Counted from the first letter of the stretch, positions 52,233-64,000 are shown. The stretch: DNA of 64,000 nucleotides from Acholeplasmataceae bacterium (GCA_963676425.1 OY781090.1:1324277-1388276), one strand, 5' to 3'. Notes: a model not told the origin generated them from the sequence alone. Numbers and translations are program-made.

Positions 52233-52261
52233 TAGAAAAAAATCAAACCTTTAGGTTTGAT
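52233..52261 (-). terminator. Rho-independent terminator after the GNAT gene
   Basis: Stem ATCAAACC/GGTTTGAT, followed on the minus strand by TTTTTTT. Confidence 0.6.
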
Positions 52262-52270
52262 ATCTTTACA

Positions 52271-52729
52271 CTATATTTTGATCTTTAATATCTGTTCATC
52301 AGCATCTTTTAAACCCGTGTCAACAAATCCTAGTTTTAAATAAAACTTATAGGGCATCTCATGATCCATTGTACAACTTAAATATAAGTATTTTTGATTA
52401 TCTTGTTTGCACTTATTAATTAAAAGCTTAACAGCTTCTCTTCCATAACCCATACCTTGGTAATCTTTTCCAATCATGAAACGCCATAGATAATATGATG
52501 GTTGATCTTCATCAGGTATTTCAGGATCAGTCAATGCAATCATGATAAAACCTACGAGTTCGTTATCATAATAAATAGTTTTAGGCCATGCATAATCGCT
52601 TTCGACATATGCTTGAGCAAGTGATATTGTATTAGATGCTACTGATGTTTTTTGATCTTCATCTAATGTATCCCATAACTTAATAACTTTGATGAAGTTG
52701 TCTTTTGTAACATCTTCAAATCTAATCAT
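52271..52729 (-). CDS. GNAT family N-acetyltransferase
   Basis: Acetyl-CoA pocket YQGMGYGREAVKLL; 152 aa. Confidence 0.85.
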   Translation of the reverse strand: MIRFEDVTKDNFIKVIKLWDTLDEDQKTSVASNTISLAQAYVESDYAWPKTIYYDNELVGFIMIALTDPEIPDEDQPSYYLWRFMIGKDYQGMGYGREAVKLLINKCKQDNQKYLYLSCTMDHEMPYKFYLKLGFVDTGLKDADEQILKIKI

Positions 52730-52801
52730 ATTAATTTCCCCTTTTATATATTAAAATCTCAATCTATATTTTCAACTATATTATAACATCTATTTTTGGT
52801 T

Positions 52802-52829
52802 AAAAAAAAGGTTATCAAGTGATAACCTT
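52802..52829 (-). terminator. Rho-independent terminator after the 477-aa membrane protein gene
   Basis: Stem AGGTTATCA/TGATAACCT (52809..52828), followed on the minus strand by TTTTTTTT. Confidence 0.65.
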
Positions 52830-52834
52830 ACTCA

Positions 52835-54268
52835 TTAATTATTTGTAATATACTCTAGAAATGTTTGATCAAATAAAAGCACTGGGTCTTCATCATATAT
52901 AATACTTGAATCAGACTTATTACTTTGACCATAAAATAATTCATAATGCACTAGAGATTCTATCGTACTTGCACTTCCTCGTTCATCAATTAAAAAATCT
53001 TCAAATCCATAATTTTCAATTTGATAACCAAAATCATTTTCTTGAATGATATAGGTGTAATTCATATTAAATTCTTTAATGGATATCTTACTTTCTAATG
53101 CATTATATTTATATGAAGTATTCAAACGATTTATGCTGAAGTCTTCTCTATCAAAATAAAACAGGAATCCATCTGATTTATAATAAAACGGTGAATCTTT
53201 AAATTTCTTATACTCATAATATTCTATTAAACTTTTTCTATATACTAATCTATTATCAATGATGCTAAGTTCACTTTCGTTATACTGTGAGTCAGTCATT
53301 GAGATCACTCTATTTCCTTCGCTATCAAAACCTTTTTTCCCCTCAATACTTATACCACCATTAACATATACATCAAAACTATTATTATCAAATGAAATGA
53401 TTGTTTCAGTATGTTTTTGTGGTGTTATATTTGTAAAATTGTAGTGCTCTATTTTTTCTAAATCGTCAAAATTTGACATTTCGTTCATATAATAAATCGT
53501 TTTTACTTTAGTCAACGAATCATCTAGATATTCATATATAGTGATTTCTTTTGTGTCTGCATAATATTGTTCATCTCTTAAATATCTATCTTCATATTCA
53601 TGATATAAATCAATGTCATAATAACCTGAATTTTCATCAATTTCTACAGAGTCTTCATCAAGCATTTGATATACTCTTAAATTTGTTACAATCGCATGTT
53701 GTTTTTCAAAATAAACAATCTTGTTATTTTGATCGTAGTTTATAGAAATATCTATAACACTATATCCTTCTGTGCTTTTATACATATAATGATCTTTATA
53801 TCTTAAATCTAACATTGTTTTGTAATCTACAAATCTGTTTTTAAACCTAATTTGTAATTTACTTTGAGTATTTTCTATAATCTCAACTTCTGGCACTTCA
53901 TATTGATATGTATTATCGCATAATAAATTTCCATATTTATCATAATATGTTATAGTATGCAATGCAGGAGTTTCAAACAATTGTATATATTTGACTTGTA
54001 AAAAACTAACAGCACTAAGTAATATGACAAAAATGAATATCGTATAACTTCTTAAATAAACAAGTCTCTTTCCTTTAATCGTATCTTGATGCTTTCTCAC
54101 ATATCGATTAAATATATATATTAATGATATGACAATGAGGTAAGTGATAAATGAAAATATGGCAAGGTTCTTGATTAAAAAATTAAACTGATTGACGTCA
54201 GGTAATAATTGTAATATAAGTGTCACTGAAAGCAACACAAAAAAAGTGATTAATTTTTTCTTTCTCAT
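52835..54268 (-). CDS. Membrane-anchored protein of unknown function (three N-terminal TM helices, large Tyr/Asn/Asp-rich ectodomain)
   Basis: Long ORF with hydrophobic segments in the first ~95 aa. No recognisable motif. Confidence 0.65.
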   Translation of the reverse strand: MRKKKLITFFVLLSVTLILQLLPDVNQFNFLIKNLAIFSFITYLIVISLIYIFNRYVRKHQDTIKGKRLVYLRSYTIFIFVILLSAVSFLQVKYIQLFETPALHTITYYDKYGNLLCDNTYQYEVPEVEIIENTQSKLQIRFKNRFVDYKTMLDLRYKDHYMYKSTEGYSVIDISINYDQNNKIVYFEKQHAIVTNLRVYQMLDEDSVEIDENSGYYDIDLYHEYEDRYLRDEQYYADTKEITIYEYLDDSLTKVKTIYYMNEMSNFDDLEKIEHYNFTNITPQKHTETIISFDNNSFDVYVNGGISIEGKKGFDSEGNRVISMTDSQYNESELSIIDNRLVYRKSLIEYYEYKKFKDSPFYYKSDGFLFYFDREDFSINRLNTSYKYNALESKISIKEFNMNYTYIIQENDFGYQIENYGFEDFLIDERGSASTIESLVHYELFYGQSNKSDSSIIYDEDPVLLFDQTFLEYITNN

Positions 54269-54314
54269 TATTTTTTCCTTTCATTATTCTATTTTGGCAA
54301 AACAAAATAATGAA

Positions 54315-54659
54315 TCAACAACGAATCACTTGATATTTTCTAAATATTTGATTGATTTCTATTTGAATTTGATAATGATTAACAAAGTTTACAAATTTGT
54401 TTACTGGTAAAACAATACGTATTCTTAATTTAAACCCAATAAGTTTAATCGCTAGTATTATTGGAAAAACATATAATATAACAATTAAATATAAAATGAT
54501 GACGGCACAACCTAATATATAGCTTATCGCATTCATGGTTATGCCTGTTTGAACTACGCCTTCTATATTTGATAGCGTAATTAATTGAAAAACAAGGAAC
54601 ATCAAAAAAACAATCGCCATAACGAATTCTAGAATGTTTAACTTAATGATTGATTTCAT
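54315..54659 (-). CDS. Small multi-pass membrane protein
   Basis: SD GGGGGA lies 6-7 nt upstream of ATG 54659. Three to four hydrophobic helices. Confidence 0.55.
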   Translation of the reverse strand: MKSIIKLNILEFVMAIVFLMFLVFQLITLSNIEGVVQTGITMNAISYILGCAVIILYLIVILYVFPIILAIKLIGFKLRIRIVLPVNKFVNFVNHYQIQIEINQIFRKYQVIRC

Positions 54660-54731
54660 TATTTGTTCCCCCAACATATTTTATATTAGTTATATTATAT
54701 CAAACGCATATCATTATTTCCATAGTCAATA

Positions 54732-54760
54732 AATAAAAAAGACATGCTTTCGCATGTCTT
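54732..54760 (-). terminator. Rho-independent terminator after rpoC
   Basis: Stem AAGACATGC/GCATGTCTT (54739..54760) with loop TTTC, followed on the minus strand by TTTTTTATTT. Confidence 0.75.
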
Positions 54761-54773
54761 TTAACTCATAATA

Positions 54774-57700
54774 TTAGAATCCGTAGTCTTCCATTGTGTC
54801 ATCTTCTTCTTCACTATAAGCGTTAGAACGATCATATGCGAAGTGTGAATCTCTTAAGATACCAGTACCAGCTGGGATTAATCCACCAATAATAACATTT
54901 TCTTTTAGACCATGTAACTCATCAACTTTACCTCTGATTGCAGCATCCGTTAAGATTCTTGTAGTTTCTTGGAATGATGCAGCAGATAAGAATGAATCAC
55001 TTCTTAGTGATGCTCTTGTAATACCTAATAAGATTGGACGACCAACAGCTGGGCGTTTACCTGCCTTAAAGGCTTTAAAGTTTTCACGTTTGAATTCTGA
55101 AACTGATACTTCAGTACCTGGTAATAATTCAGTATCTCCTTCAGTAATGACTGTAATTCTTCTTAACATTTGACGAATAATTAATTCAACGTGCTTATCA
55201 GAAATTTCTACCCCTTGAGCACGGTATACTTTTTGTACTTCTTCAAGAATATATGTTTCAGCAGCTTCAACTGATACAATTCTAAGTAATTCTTTCGGAT
55301 TAATAGAACCTAAAGTTAATCTTTGACCAGCTTTAACTGATGTACCTTTTCTTACTAATGATTCAACACCAGCATCGATTGTGTATTTATATTCTTTATC
55401 TTCACTATCAGTGATTGTAACCACTGATAATCCACCACGTTGGCGATCAACTGCTTTAACTTTACCGTCAACTTCAGTTAACACTGCTTTCCCTTTAGGG
55501 TTTCTAGCTTCGAAAAGCTCTTGAATACGTGGAAGACCTTGTGTAATATCTGATGCAGAGGCAACCCCACCAGTATGGAATGTTCTCATCGTTAACTGAG
55601 TACCAGGTTCACCAATTGATTGTGCAGCGACAACCCCTACAGCTTCACCAACTTCAACAGGTTTATTTGTTGCAAGGTTTCTACCATAACAGTAAGCACA
55701 TACACCATTATCAGAATTACATGTTAAGTTACTTCTAATTTCTACTTCAGTAATACCAGCAGCAATAATTCTAGCAGCAGTTTCTTCTGTTACTAATTCA
55801 TTACGTCTAGCATAAACTTCTTTAGTTTTTGGATTGATCACATCTTTAACAACATGACGTCCAACGATACGGTCATATAATGGCACAATTTCTTTTGTTC
55901 CATCTTCAATGACTGACTTCATCACAATACCACGTTCTGTACCACAGTCTTCTTCAACAACGATTACATCTTGAGACACGTCTACTAATCTTCTTGTTAA
56001 GTATCCTGACTCAGCTGTTTTAAGCGCTGTATCGGTAGAACCTTTTCTGGCACCATGTGTTGAAATGAAGAATTCAGACACTGTTAACCCTTCTCTAAAT
56101 GACGCTTGTACCGGAACCTCAATAATATCACCTTTAGGGTTATTCATCAGACCACGCATACCAGCTAGTTGCGAGAAGTTTGATGCATTACCACGGGCAC
56201 CAGAATCAGACATCATATAGATGTTATTATCTTTATCAAATTCAGCCATTAAGCCAACTTGAATATCATCACGAGCGACTTGCCATTCTTTAATAACAAG
56301 ATCTTTACGTTCAGAATCAGTTAACCAACCTTCATCAAACCAATTATTGATTTGGTCGATTTTTTCATTTGCTTTGTCAATTCTATCATGTTTACCAGAA
56401 TATACGTTGATATCAGCAAATGATACTGTAATACCAGCAACTGTAGAATATTTAAATCCTAAATCTTTAAGTCTATCTAACATCTTAGAAGTTTCTGAGA
56501 TATGTAATTGTTTGAAGACTTGAGCAATAATTTGTGATAAGAATTTTTTCTTAAATGGTGTTGGAACTGGAAGAGCTTCTAAGAACTCAACTGGGTTCGT
56601 ACCTTTAGGCATGAAATACTTATCAGGTGTTTGATCTTCAAGATTTGTTGTTGTTGGTTCATTTAAGTATGGGAATGATTCAGGTAAAATTCTATTAAAG
56701 ATTAATTTACCTAAAGTCGTTACTAAATACTTAGATTTTTGATCTTCAGTGAATGCTTGGTTAATACTATTTGGATCAATAATGATTCTAGTATGTAGAC
56801 CAATTTCTTTGTGGTCATACGCAAGATAAGCTTCATCGAAATCAAAGAAGAAATGTCCTTCGTTTCTATGTTTTTCACTATGTTCTTGTGTTTTGATTTC
56901 ACCACGGTATCCACTAAATGTTTTAGAGCGTTTTGCTTCAATTGTTAAATAATAGTTACCTAAAACCATATCTTGAGATGGTGTAACTACTGGTTTACCA
57001 TCTTTAGGGTTAAGGATGTTATTAGATGCTAACATAAGAAGTCTTGCTTCTGCTTGAGCTTCATTTGATAGTGGGACGTGAACCGCCATTTGGTCACCAT
57101 CGAAATCGGCATTAAACGCAGGTGTTACAAGTGGATGTAGACGGATAGCTTTACCATCAATTAATTTTGGTTCGAAAGCTTGAATACCAAGTCTATGAAG
57201 TGTAGGTGCACGGTTAAGTAGTACTGGATGTTCTCTAACTACTTTTTCTAATGCTGCCCATACATCATCATCCATTTTTTCATATTTAGCATTTGCATTT
57301 TTCTTAGATGAAGAATCACCAGATAATCTTTGTAATTCTCTTAATACAAATGGTTTGAATAATGTGATCGCCATTTCTCTTGGGATACCACATTGATACA
57401 TTTGTAAGTCTGGTCCAACGATAATTACTGAACGTCCTGAGTAGTCAACACGTTTACCAAGTAAGTTTTGTCTGAAACGTCCTTGTTTACCACGTAACAT
57501 ATCAGATAATGATTTTAAGTGTCTATTACGTTCAACAGCCGCTTTTTTACCACGTTTAGCATTATCGAATAATGCATCTACTGCTTCTTGTAACATACGT
57601 TTTTCATTCTTAGTAATTAAGCGAGGTGCCATTTGTTCTTTTTGTTTCTTTAAACGGTTATTACGGTTTAAGATACGACGGTATAAGTCATTTAAGTCAG

Positions 57701-58958
57701 TTGTTGCGAAACGTCCACCATCAAGTGCAACCATTGGTCTTAAATCTGGTGGGATAACTGGAATGACGTCCATAACCATCCATTCTGGTTTATTATCAGA
57801 ATTATTAAATGCTTCAACAACTTCTAAACGTTTAATAACTTTATCACGTTTTTGTTTTGATGCAGTTTTTAATTTACGACGTAAAGATTTAACTTCTTTG
57901 TCTAAATCTAATTCTTGTAATAATTTCTTAACAGCTTCAGCACCTGTTAATGCTGTAAACTTATTCCAATATTTTTCAGTTAACATTGAATAGTCTTGTT
58001 CTGATAAGATTTGTTTTTTAGCAAGTGGTGCAGATCCTGGATCAGTAACGATATATGATGCATGGTAAACAACTTCTTCTAATGCTTTAGCTTTAATACC
58101 TAAAAGGATTGCTAATCTTGAAGGAGAGTTTTTTAAATACCAAGTATGAACAACTGGTGCTTCTAACTCGATATGTCCCATACGTTCACGACGTACTTTT
58201 GATTCAGTGATTTCAATACCACATTTTTGACAGATTTGTCCTTTGTTACCACTTTGTTTTTTACCACAAGCACATTGATAGTCTCTTGTAGGTCCAAAGA
58301 TTCTTTCACAGAATAATCCACCAACTTCTGGTTTAGAAGTACGGTAGTTAATTGTTTCATGTGTTTTTACTTCACCATAAGACCATTGTCTAATTTCATC
58401 AGGTGATGCAAGACGAATCTTAAAGTGTGAGAATGTTCTACTGCCGTATCCTTTTTGCACAGTATGTGCTTGTGAGTGAACACGATCAGTAATATCCATA
58501 TCTAATGCACTTTCAACAGCATCTTCTTCAACTGCTTCAGCAACAACTTCTTCAACAACACTATGATCGTGGTGTGAATGTTCTACTAATGCATCAAAGC
58601 CATAGAATTCTAGAACTTGATTGATTTCTTGTTTTAAGAATTCATCATCTTCAAATAAGTGATATAGAGCATGACGATCATACTCGATGAATTCAATTAA
58701 ATCATAAACACCATGAGTGTTTAATACTTTAATTGCTTCTGCACTTAAGTTTAAGTTTTCTAAATTTCTTGGTAATTGATAGCGTCTAAGTACACTCTTA
58801 ATTTCTTCAAATGATTCAGCAAGTAACATTTGAAGTTCTTTTAAGTTGAATGTATTAAAATCTTCTAATTGGTCAATCCCAGAGAGTTTAAGATTTTTTA
58901 ATGCATCTTCTGATAATTTTAAAGATTCAACACGTAATGTTAATTTTTCTTTAGCCAT
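54774..58958 (-). CDS. rpoC: RNA polymerase beta-prime subunit with an N-terminal extension of about 175 aa
   Basis: [12 protein letters not shown] catalytic motif. The canonical start region [23 protein letters not shown] begins only at about aa 176. 1394 aa. Confidence 0.98.
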   Translation of the reverse strand: MAKEKLTLRVESLKLSEDALKNLKLSGIDQLEDFNTFNLKELQMLLAESFEEIKSVLRRYQLPRNLENLNLSAEAIKVLNTHGVYDLIEFIEYDRHALYHLFEDDEFLKQEINQVLEFYGFDALVEHSHHDHSVVEEVVAEAVEEDAVESALDMDITDRVHSQAHTVQKGYGSRTFSHFKIRLASPDEIRQWSYGEVKTHETINYRTSKPEVGGLFCERIFGPTRDYQCACGKKQSGNKGQICQKCGIEITESKVRRERMGHIELEAPVVHTWYLKNSPSRLAILLGIKAKALEEVVYHASYIVTDPGSAPLAKKQILSEQDYSMLTEKYWNKFTALTGAEAVKKLLQELDLDKEVKSLRRKLKTASKQKRDKVIKRLEVVEAFNNSDNKPEWMVMDVIPVIPPDLRPMVALDGGRFATTDLNDLYRRILNRNNRLKKQKEQMAPRLITKNEKRMLQEAVDALFDNAKRGKKAAVERNRHLKSLSDMLRGKQGRFRQNLLGKRVDYSGRSVIIVGPDLQMYQCGIPREMAITLFKPFVLRELQRLSGDSSSKKNANAKYEKMDDDVWAALEKVVREHPVLLNRAPTLHRLGIQAFEPKLIDGKAIRLHPLVTPAFNADFDGDQMAVHVPLSNEAQAEARLLMLASNNILNPKDGKPVVTPSQDMVLGNYYLTIEAKRSKTFSGYRGEIKTQEHSEKHRNEGHFFFDFDEAYLAYDHKEIGLHTRIIIDPNSINQAFTEDQKSKYLVTTLGKLIFNRILPESFPYLNEPTTTNLEDQTPDKYFMPKGTNPVEFLEALPVPTPFKKKFLSQIIAQVFKQLHISETSKMLDRLKDLGFKYSTVAGITVSFADINVYSGKHDRIDKANEKIDQINNWFDEGWLTDSERKDLVIKEWQVARDDIQVGLMAEFDKDNNIYMMSDSGARGNASNFSQLAGMRGLMNNPKGDIIEVPVQASFREGLTVSEFFISTHGARKGSTDTALKTAESGYLTRRLVDVSQDVIVVEEDCGTERGIVMKSVIEDGTKEIVPLYDRIVGRHVVKDVINPKTKEVYARRNELVTEETAARIIAAGITEVEIRSNLTCNSDNGVCAYCYGRNLATNKPVEVGEAVGVVAAQSIGEPGTQLTMRTFHTGGVASASDITQGLPRIQELFEARNPKGKAVLTEVDGKVKAVDRQRGGLSVVTITDSEDKEYKYTIDAGVESLVRKGTSVKAGQRLTLGSINPKELLRIVSVEAAETYILEEVQKVYRAQGVEISDKHVELIIRQMLRRITVITEGDTELLPGTEVSVSEFKRENFKAFKAGKRPAVGRPILLGITRASLRSDSFLSAASFQETTRILTDAAIRGKVDELHGLKENVIIGGLIPAGTGILRDSHFAYDRSNAYSEEEDDTMEDYGF

Positions 58959-61900
58959 TAACGTAACCCTCCTTTGCTATATTTACTAGCATATTGATCA
59001 ACAAGTGATTTCTCAGTTTCATTTTCACCAGTTTCTGCGTCGATTAACTCAACGTATAAACCAAGTGCTTGTAATTCTTTTGTTAATACTCTAAATGATT
59101 CTGGAATACCAGCTTCTGGTATAGCTTTACCATGTGTTACAGCAGAATAAACTTTATTTCTACCTAACATATCATCAGATTTAACTGTTAACATTTCTTG
59201 TAGGGTATGAGCAGCTCCATAAGCATATAATGCCCAAACTTCCATTTCCCCGAAACGTTGACCACCATTTTGGGCTTTACCACCCATTGGTTGTTGTGTA
59301 ACTAATGTATAAGGTCCAACTGAACGTGCATGAAGTTTATCGTCAACCATGTGAGATAATTTGATCATGTACATCACACCAACAGAAATTCTGTTTTCGT
59401 ATGCTTGTCCTGTTCTACCATCATATAATGTTGTTTTACCATCTGGATCAAGACCAGCTTCAGCCATGATTGCTTTAAGATCATCGTCATCCACACCATC
59501 AAATACTGGTGTAGCAACTTTAACACCTAAGCGTTTAGCAGCCATACCTAAATGGATTTCTAGAATTTGTCCGATGTTCATACGAGATGGAACCCCTAGT
59601 GGGTTAAGCATGATGTCTACTGGTGTACCATCAGCCATGTATGGCATATCTTCTCTTGGTAATATTTTAGAGATAACCCCTTTATTACCATGACGACCGG
59701 CCATTTTATCCCCTTCAGAGATTTTACGTTTTTTAGCGATGTAAACTCTAATTGATTCGTTTACACCTGATGGAAGTACATCTCCATTTTTCTTAGAGAA
59801 GTATTGGATTGATTGAACAACCCCTCCACCACCATGAGGTACGCGTAATGATGAATCACGGTATTCTCTTGATTTTTCACCGATAACGGCATGAATTAAT
59901 TTTTCAGATGGACTTGGTTCAAATACCCCTTTAGGTGTAATCTTACCAACTAAGATGTCGCCTTCTTTAACTTCAGAACCAGGTACAACAATACCACGTT
60001 CATCTAAGTTCTTTAATGCTTCATATCCAGCATTTGGTACTTCACGTGTAATTTCTTCACGTCCAGAACCTGTTTTTAATTCTCTTGTTTCTATTTCATA
60101 TTCATCAATGTGGATTGATGTATATACGTCATTTTTAACTAAATCTTCACACATGATGACAGCATCTTCATAGTTATAACCTTCCCATGTCATGAATGCT
60201 ACGGTAACGTTACGTCCTAATGCTAATTCACCTTTATCTGTAGATGGACCATCAGCGATGATATCACCTTTATCAACCCATTCACCTTCACCTACAATTG
60301 GTTTTTGTAGAACTAAAGTATCTTGGTTTGATCTAAAGAAGTTGATTAATGGGAATTCTTTACTATCGCCCATGCCATATGATGCTAAGTCTTTTGCACT
60401 ATTGATATCAAATGGTTTAGATGGATCGTATAATACGTTATTTCCAACAACTACTTTTTCTTCAGGTTGTTGTGTAATGATAATTTTAGTACCATCTGTG
60501 TAAGTTACGAAACCTGACACATCAGATACAACTGTAGATCCTGAATCTTTCGCTGCACGGTATTCGATACCAGTACCAACGATTGGAGAATCTGTTTTAA
60601 GTAGAGGCACTGCCTGACGTTGCATGTTGGCACCCATTAACGCACGTGAAGCATCATCGTGCTCTAAGAATGGAATTGTTGAAGTCGCTACTGATACAAT
60701 TTGTTTTGGCGAAACGTCCATAAATGTTACATCCTCAGGATCGAACATTGATGTTTCACCACGGTGACGACCAATAACTTTTTCGTCAGCAATTGTTCCG
60801 TCTTCGTTAAGTGTAGTTGCAGCTGAGGCAATAACTTGATCGTATTCTTCATCTGCAGTTAAGTATGCGAACTCTCTAGTAACAACATGTTTACCAGATG
60901 ATAAATCTACTTTTAAGTATGGTGTTTGAATGAATCCATATTGATCCACTTTACCATATGTAGCAAGTGATGAAATCAGACCGATTGAAGGACCTTCAGG
61001 TGTTTCAATTGGACAGATACGACCGTAGTGAGAGTTGTGAACGTCACGGACTTCAACGCCGGCTCTATCTCTTGCTAAACCACCTGTACCTAACGCTGAA
61101 ACTCTACGTTTTTGCGTTAACTCAGCAAGTGGGTTAATTTGATCCATGAATTGTGATAACTGTGAACTACCGAAGAATGTCTTGATAGCACCAGCTAACG
61201 GTGTCATGTTAATAATATTTGATGGTGTTGCATCTTGGAAAGTTGTTGTAGACATTTTGTCTTTAATGTTCTTTTCAGCTCTTGCAATACCAATTCTAAA
61301 TTGATTCTTTAATAATTCACCGATTAATCTTAAACGACGATTACCTAAGTGGTCAATATCATCAGTGAATCCTAGACCATCATATAAGTTTAAGTAGTAA
61401 CTCATAGATGCTACGATATCTGATAATGTAATGTATTCTCTTGATTCTCTTTGATCGTTACCGATAACTTTAACTGGATAAATCTTATCAGTTTCTTTAT
61501 CTTTAACTGTAACTTCAATAGCTTCAACTAAAACGCCTGTACGTTCTTTTTCTTTTTCAAATACATCTTTAGCACCGAAGAAATATTTAATAACTTTTTC
61601 ATCTAATGCTTGTCTGTTTTTTCTAAGAACTGAGAATACTTCTTCATTTACTTCTGAGTTCTTAACAACTAGAACTTCACCAGTACGTAAATTTAAGATA
61701 TTTTCTTTTGTATATAATTTATCGCCACCATCAGGTAGATGAACTGCTAAAATTTCATCAGGAGTTTCATTTTGTAATGAATCTTCTTTAGCAATAACTT
61801 CAGTAAGAAGTGCATCTCTGTGGTCTTTTAATAAATCAATTGTGTCTTTTGTAATTTTTGTCTTAGCAGCAACTAATACTTCTCCAGTGTTTGGATCAAT

Positions 61901-62785
61901 AATATCTTTTGCTGTGTATTGTCCTTCAATACGTGATAATACGTCTAACTTCTTATTGAACTTATAACGTCCAACAGCAGCTAAATCGTAACGACGTGTT
62001 TCGAATAAACGCATACGAATAAATTCTCTCGCAGCTTCTGCAGGAACTTTTTCGCCTTGTCTTAATTTTGAGTATAAGTCAACGATTGCTTCATCTGAAT
62101 TTTTAGCATCATCTTTATCAAAAGTTGCATCCATGAATTTAGATTTACCGAAAACATCATAAATGTCTTTTTTCTTTTGGAAACCTAAAGCACGCATCAT
62201 TGTTGTCATAGGCACTTTTTTAGAACGGTCTAATTTAGCATACATGATGTCTTTAGAACCTAATTCGTATTCTAACCAAGCACCACGTGTAGGAATTACT
62301 TGTGCAGAGAATTTGATACGATTGATTTTCTTATCTAATTCACTTGTAAAGTAAGCTCCAGCCGAACGAATGATTTGTGATACAACTACACGCTCAGCTC
62401 CGTTAATAACAAAAGTCCCCGATGGAGTCATAAAAGGGATTTCACACATTAACACTACATTTTCTCTAACTTCACCTGTAATCGCATTTTCTAATTTAAC
62501 ACGAGCTGATAATTGTTTTGCGTAATTAACATCTCTTAATTTAGATTGTTGAATGTCGAATTTAGGTTCTGATAAAAAGTGTTCCTCAAAATATAATTTT
62601 AAATCACCATTGTGGCCTTCGATCGGTGATATATCATCGAGTAATTCTTTGATACCTTCCTCTATGAACCAGTTGAAAGATTTCGTTTGAATTTCGATTA
62701 GGTCTGGTAAGTCAATATCGTAACGCATTCTCGAAAAATTTCTACGTTCCGCTTTCTTACCATACTTGACGTTTTTATATCCCAT
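58958..62785 (-). CDS. rpoB: RNA polymerase beta subunit
   Basis: [18 protein letters not shown] and [14 protein letters not shown] stop/start overlap with rpoC. 1275 aa. Confidence 0.98.
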   Translation of the reverse strand: MGYKNVKYGKKAERRNFSRMRYDIDLPDLIEIQTKSFNWFIEEGIKELLDDISPIEGHNGDLKLYFEEHFLSEPKFDIQQSKLRDVNYAKQLSARVKLENAITGEVRENVVLMCEIPFMTPSGTFVINGAERVVVSQIIRSAGAYFTSELDKKINRIKFSAQVIPTRGAWLEYELGSKDIMYAKLDRSKKVPMTTMMRALGFQKKKDIYDVFGKSKFMDATFDKDDAKNSDEAIVDLYSKLRQGEKVPAEAAREFIRMRLFETRRYDLAAVGRYKFNKKLDVLSRIEGQYTAKDIIDPNTGEVLVAAKTKITKDTIDLLKDHRDALLTEVIAKEDSLQNETPDEILAVHLPDGGDKLYTKENILNLRTGEVLVVKNSEVNEEVFSVLRKNRQALDEKVIKYFFGAKDVFEKEKERTGVLVEAIEVTVKDKETDKIYPVKVIGNDQRESREYITLSDIVASMSYYLNLYDGLGFTDDIDHLGNRRLRLIGELLKNQFRIGIARAEKNIKDKMSTTTFQDATPSNIINMTPLAGAIKTFFGSSQLSQFMDQINPLAELTQKRRVSALGTGGLARDRAGVEVRDVHNSHYGRICPIETPEGPSIGLISSLATYGKVDQYGFIQTPYLKVDLSSGKHVVTREFAYLTADEEYDQVIASAATTLNEDGTIADEKVIGRHRGETSMFDPEDVTFMDVSPKQIVSVATSTIPFLEHDDASRALMGANMQRQAVPLLKTDSPIVGTGIEYRAAKDSGSTVVSDVSGFVTYTDGTKIIITQQPEEKVVVGNNVLYDPSKPFDINSAKDLASYGMGDSKEFPLINFFRSNQDTLVLQKPIVGEGEWVDKGDIIADGPSTDKGELALGRNVTVAFMTWEGYNYEDAVIMCEDLVKNDVYTSIHIDEYEIETRELKTGSGREEITREVPNAGYEALKNLDERGIVVPGSEVKEGDILVGKITPKGVFEPSPSEKLIHAVIGEKSREYRDSSLRVPHGGGGVVQSIQYFSKKNGDVLPSGVNESIRVYIAKKRKISEGDKMAGRHGNKGVISKILPREDMPYMADGTPVDIMLNPLGVPSRMNIGQILEIHLGMAAKRLGVKVATPVFDGVDDDDLKAIMAEAGLDPDGKTTLYDGRTGQAYENRISVGVMYMIKLSHMVDDKLHARSVGPYTLVTQQPMGGKAQNGGQRFGEMEVWALYAYGAAHTLQEMLTVKSDDMLGRNKVYSAVTHGKAIPEAGIPESFRVLTKELQALGLYVELIDAETGENETEKSLVDQYASKYSKGGLR

Positions 62786-62904
62786 AATCCACTCTCCTAT
62801 CGCATTTGGAATTTCACAAATTTATATATATATTTATATATAAACACATTATTATGCATTTAATAATATTAACATATAGTTTGTAAATAGTCAATCTTTT
62901 TATT

Positions 62905-63498
62905 TCACTTTATAGCTAAAAGTACCCAATACCCTTTTACTTTCGCGATTACCTCGCAATTTCCAAAAAGCTCTTCTAGTTTTTTAACTGAAGATGGTGC
63001 ACCTTGTTTTTTCTGTATTACAGCATAAAATCTACCGTTTTTAAGAAGGTGATCATATGCTTGATCATATAAATCAAACACTGTTTTTTTACCTGCTCTA
63101 ATCGGTGGATTAGACATGATTAAATCAGCTTTTTGTGTAATATTTTCGAACAAAAAGCTGACATAAACTTCTGCATTTTCAACCATATTCTTAGATAAAT
63201 TTTGCGTTGCTAAAAGGGCTGCTCTTTCATTAACATCAGCCATAATGACATGCGCATTTGGACACATTTTTGCTGCATAAATACCCATTGGACCATAACC
63301 ACAACCCATATCAATGATTTGTGTTAAATCCGCTGAAAAATTGATGTTTTCAAGTAAAACGCGTGATCCAAAATCAAGCCCATCGCGACTGAAAACACCT
63401 CGATCTGTGTCTAAATTTATCTCATGATTGTTAATCTTAAATTTAATTGTTTGAATCTCATGATTGAGTGTTTTATCATTTAAATAATAGTGACTCAT
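62905..63498 (-). CDS. Class I SAM-dependent methyltransferase, RsmC/YbxB-like
   Basis: DMGCGYGPMG SAM motif and MSNPPIRAGK (NPPxxxG). It has the same position between rplL and rpoB as ybxB in Bacillus subtilis. Confidence 0.85.
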   Translation of the reverse strand: MSHYYLNDKTLNHEIQTIKFKINNHEINLDTDRGVFSRDGLDFGSRVLLENINFSADLTQIIDMGCGYGPMGIYAAKMCPNAHVIMADVNERAALLATQNLSKNMVENAEVYVSFLFENITQKADLIMSNPPIRAGKKTVFDLYDQAYDHLLKNGRFYAVIQKKQGAPSSVKKLEELFGNCEVIAKVKGYWVLLAIK

Positions 63499-63518
63499 GA
63501 AACCCCCGTATTACGGCG

Positions 63519-63543
63519 AAAAAACCCGAGAGTTAATCTCAGG
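63519..63543 (-). terminator. Hairpin plus T-run in the rplL-downstream spacer (attenuator/partial terminator)
   Basis: Minus strand CCTGAGA-ttaac-TCTCGGG (one G-U pair) followed by TTTTTT. Confidence 0.5.
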
Positions 63544-63566
63544 TCTATCGCATTAAATTTTAGTAA

Positions 63567-63938
63567 TTATTTAACTTCAACTGTTGCACCAGCATCTTGT
63601 AATTGAGTCTTAAGAGCTTCTGCATCTTCTTTAGATACTTTTTCTTTGATTAAAGCATCTGGAGTTTCTGTTAATTTTTTAGCGTCAGCTAAACCAAGAC
63701 CTGTAACTTCACGTACAACCTTGATAACTGCGATTTTGTTTGAACCAAATGTTTTTAAGATTACATCGAATTCTGTTTGTTCTTCAGCTGCTGCACCTGC
63801 TGCTGCTGGACCAGCTACTGCTACTGCAGATGGGTCGATACCGAATTCTTCTTTTAATCCGTCTACTAAATCTTTAATTTCTAATAAAGTCATTTCTTTT
63901 AACGCTGCTACGAAATCAGCTTTTGTTAATTTTGCCAT
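63567..63938 (-). CDS. rplL: Ribosomal protein L7/L12
   Basis: Ala-rich hinge [16 protein letters not shown] and C-terminal domain LGLADAKKL...VKE; 123 aa. SD AGGAGG upstream. Confidence 0.97.
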   Translation of the reverse strand: MAKLTKADFVAALKEMTLLEIKDLVDGLKEEFGIDPSAVAVAGPAAAGAAAEEQTEFDVILKTFGSNKIAVIKVVREVTGLGLADAKKLTETPDALIKEKVSKEDAEALKTQLQDAGATVEVK

Positions 63939-63955
63939 TTTAAATTTCCTCCTAA

Positions 63956-64000
63956 TTAAGCTTGAGCTTCTGTTTCTGTTTCTTCACTAATCATATTAAG
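63956..64000 (-). CDS. rplJ: Ribosomal protein L10, extreme 3' end only
   Basis: The open minus-strand frame ends ...[17 protein letters not shown] at 63956..63958, directly upstream of rplL. The assignment rests on rplJ-rplL synteny only. Confidence 0.45.
   Translation of the reverse strand, partial: LNMISEETETEAQA

Noticed and set aside
59361-60503. Plus-strand ORFs of 72-110 aa antisense to rpoB (59361..59693, 59955..60173, 60192..60503); comparable ones lie in rpoC, fusA, tuf and rplL (63646..63990)
   Set aside because: They lie inside strongly conserved genes on the opposite strand. Their Ser/Pro/Thr-rich composition is characteristic of antisense frames. No ribosome-binding sites are present.

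Overview
AT-rich window (about 30% G+C by eye, not computed) with nearly all genes on the minus strand. TGA is a stop codon (e.g. 864..866) and Trp is TGG. Gene order resembles Bacillus, and several lipobox lipoproteins are present. This fits an Acholeplasma-like Mollicute or a closely related low-GC Firmicute using genetic code 11. Most of the window is core housekeeping: the F1Fo ATP synthase operon with upp and rpiB; typA; prfA-prmC-tsaC; dnaB-rplI-gdpP; rpsF-ssb-rpsR; rpsL-rpsG-fusA-tuf; and rplJ(partial)-rplL-methyltransferase-rpoB-rpoC. The standout accessory element is a terminator-bracketed two-gene cassette at 16113..23616. It encodes a Sec-signal-bearing RHS/YD-repeat polymorphic toxin of about 2170 aa, whose C-terminal module has a hydrophobic helix and a GIY-YIG-like nuclease signature. 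It is translationally coupled to a leucine-rich-repeat protein that is a candidate immunity factor. The cassette, together with typA, sits inside a block that is contiguous in Bacillus subtilis (prfA-prmC-tsaC ... rpiB-upp-atp). Other notable observations:
- gdpP has no stop codon and runs in frame into ribosomal protein L9.
- RpoC carries an N-terminal extension with two alpha-CTD-like helix-hairpin-helix repeats.
- The ATP synthase c subunit has a complete Na+-binding signature.
- A serine-palmitoyltransferase-like gene is coupled to an SDR reductase gene.
- An HTH-Fic fusion has duplicated palindromic operators upstream.
- A tandem HtrA-like lipoprotein has a catalytically dead first protease domain.
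- A pseudo-receiver HD-GYP protein and a CotH-family lipoprotein are present.
I saw no rRNA, tRNA, CRISPR array, transposase or integrase. All family assignments come from motif recognition by eye; no searches were run.
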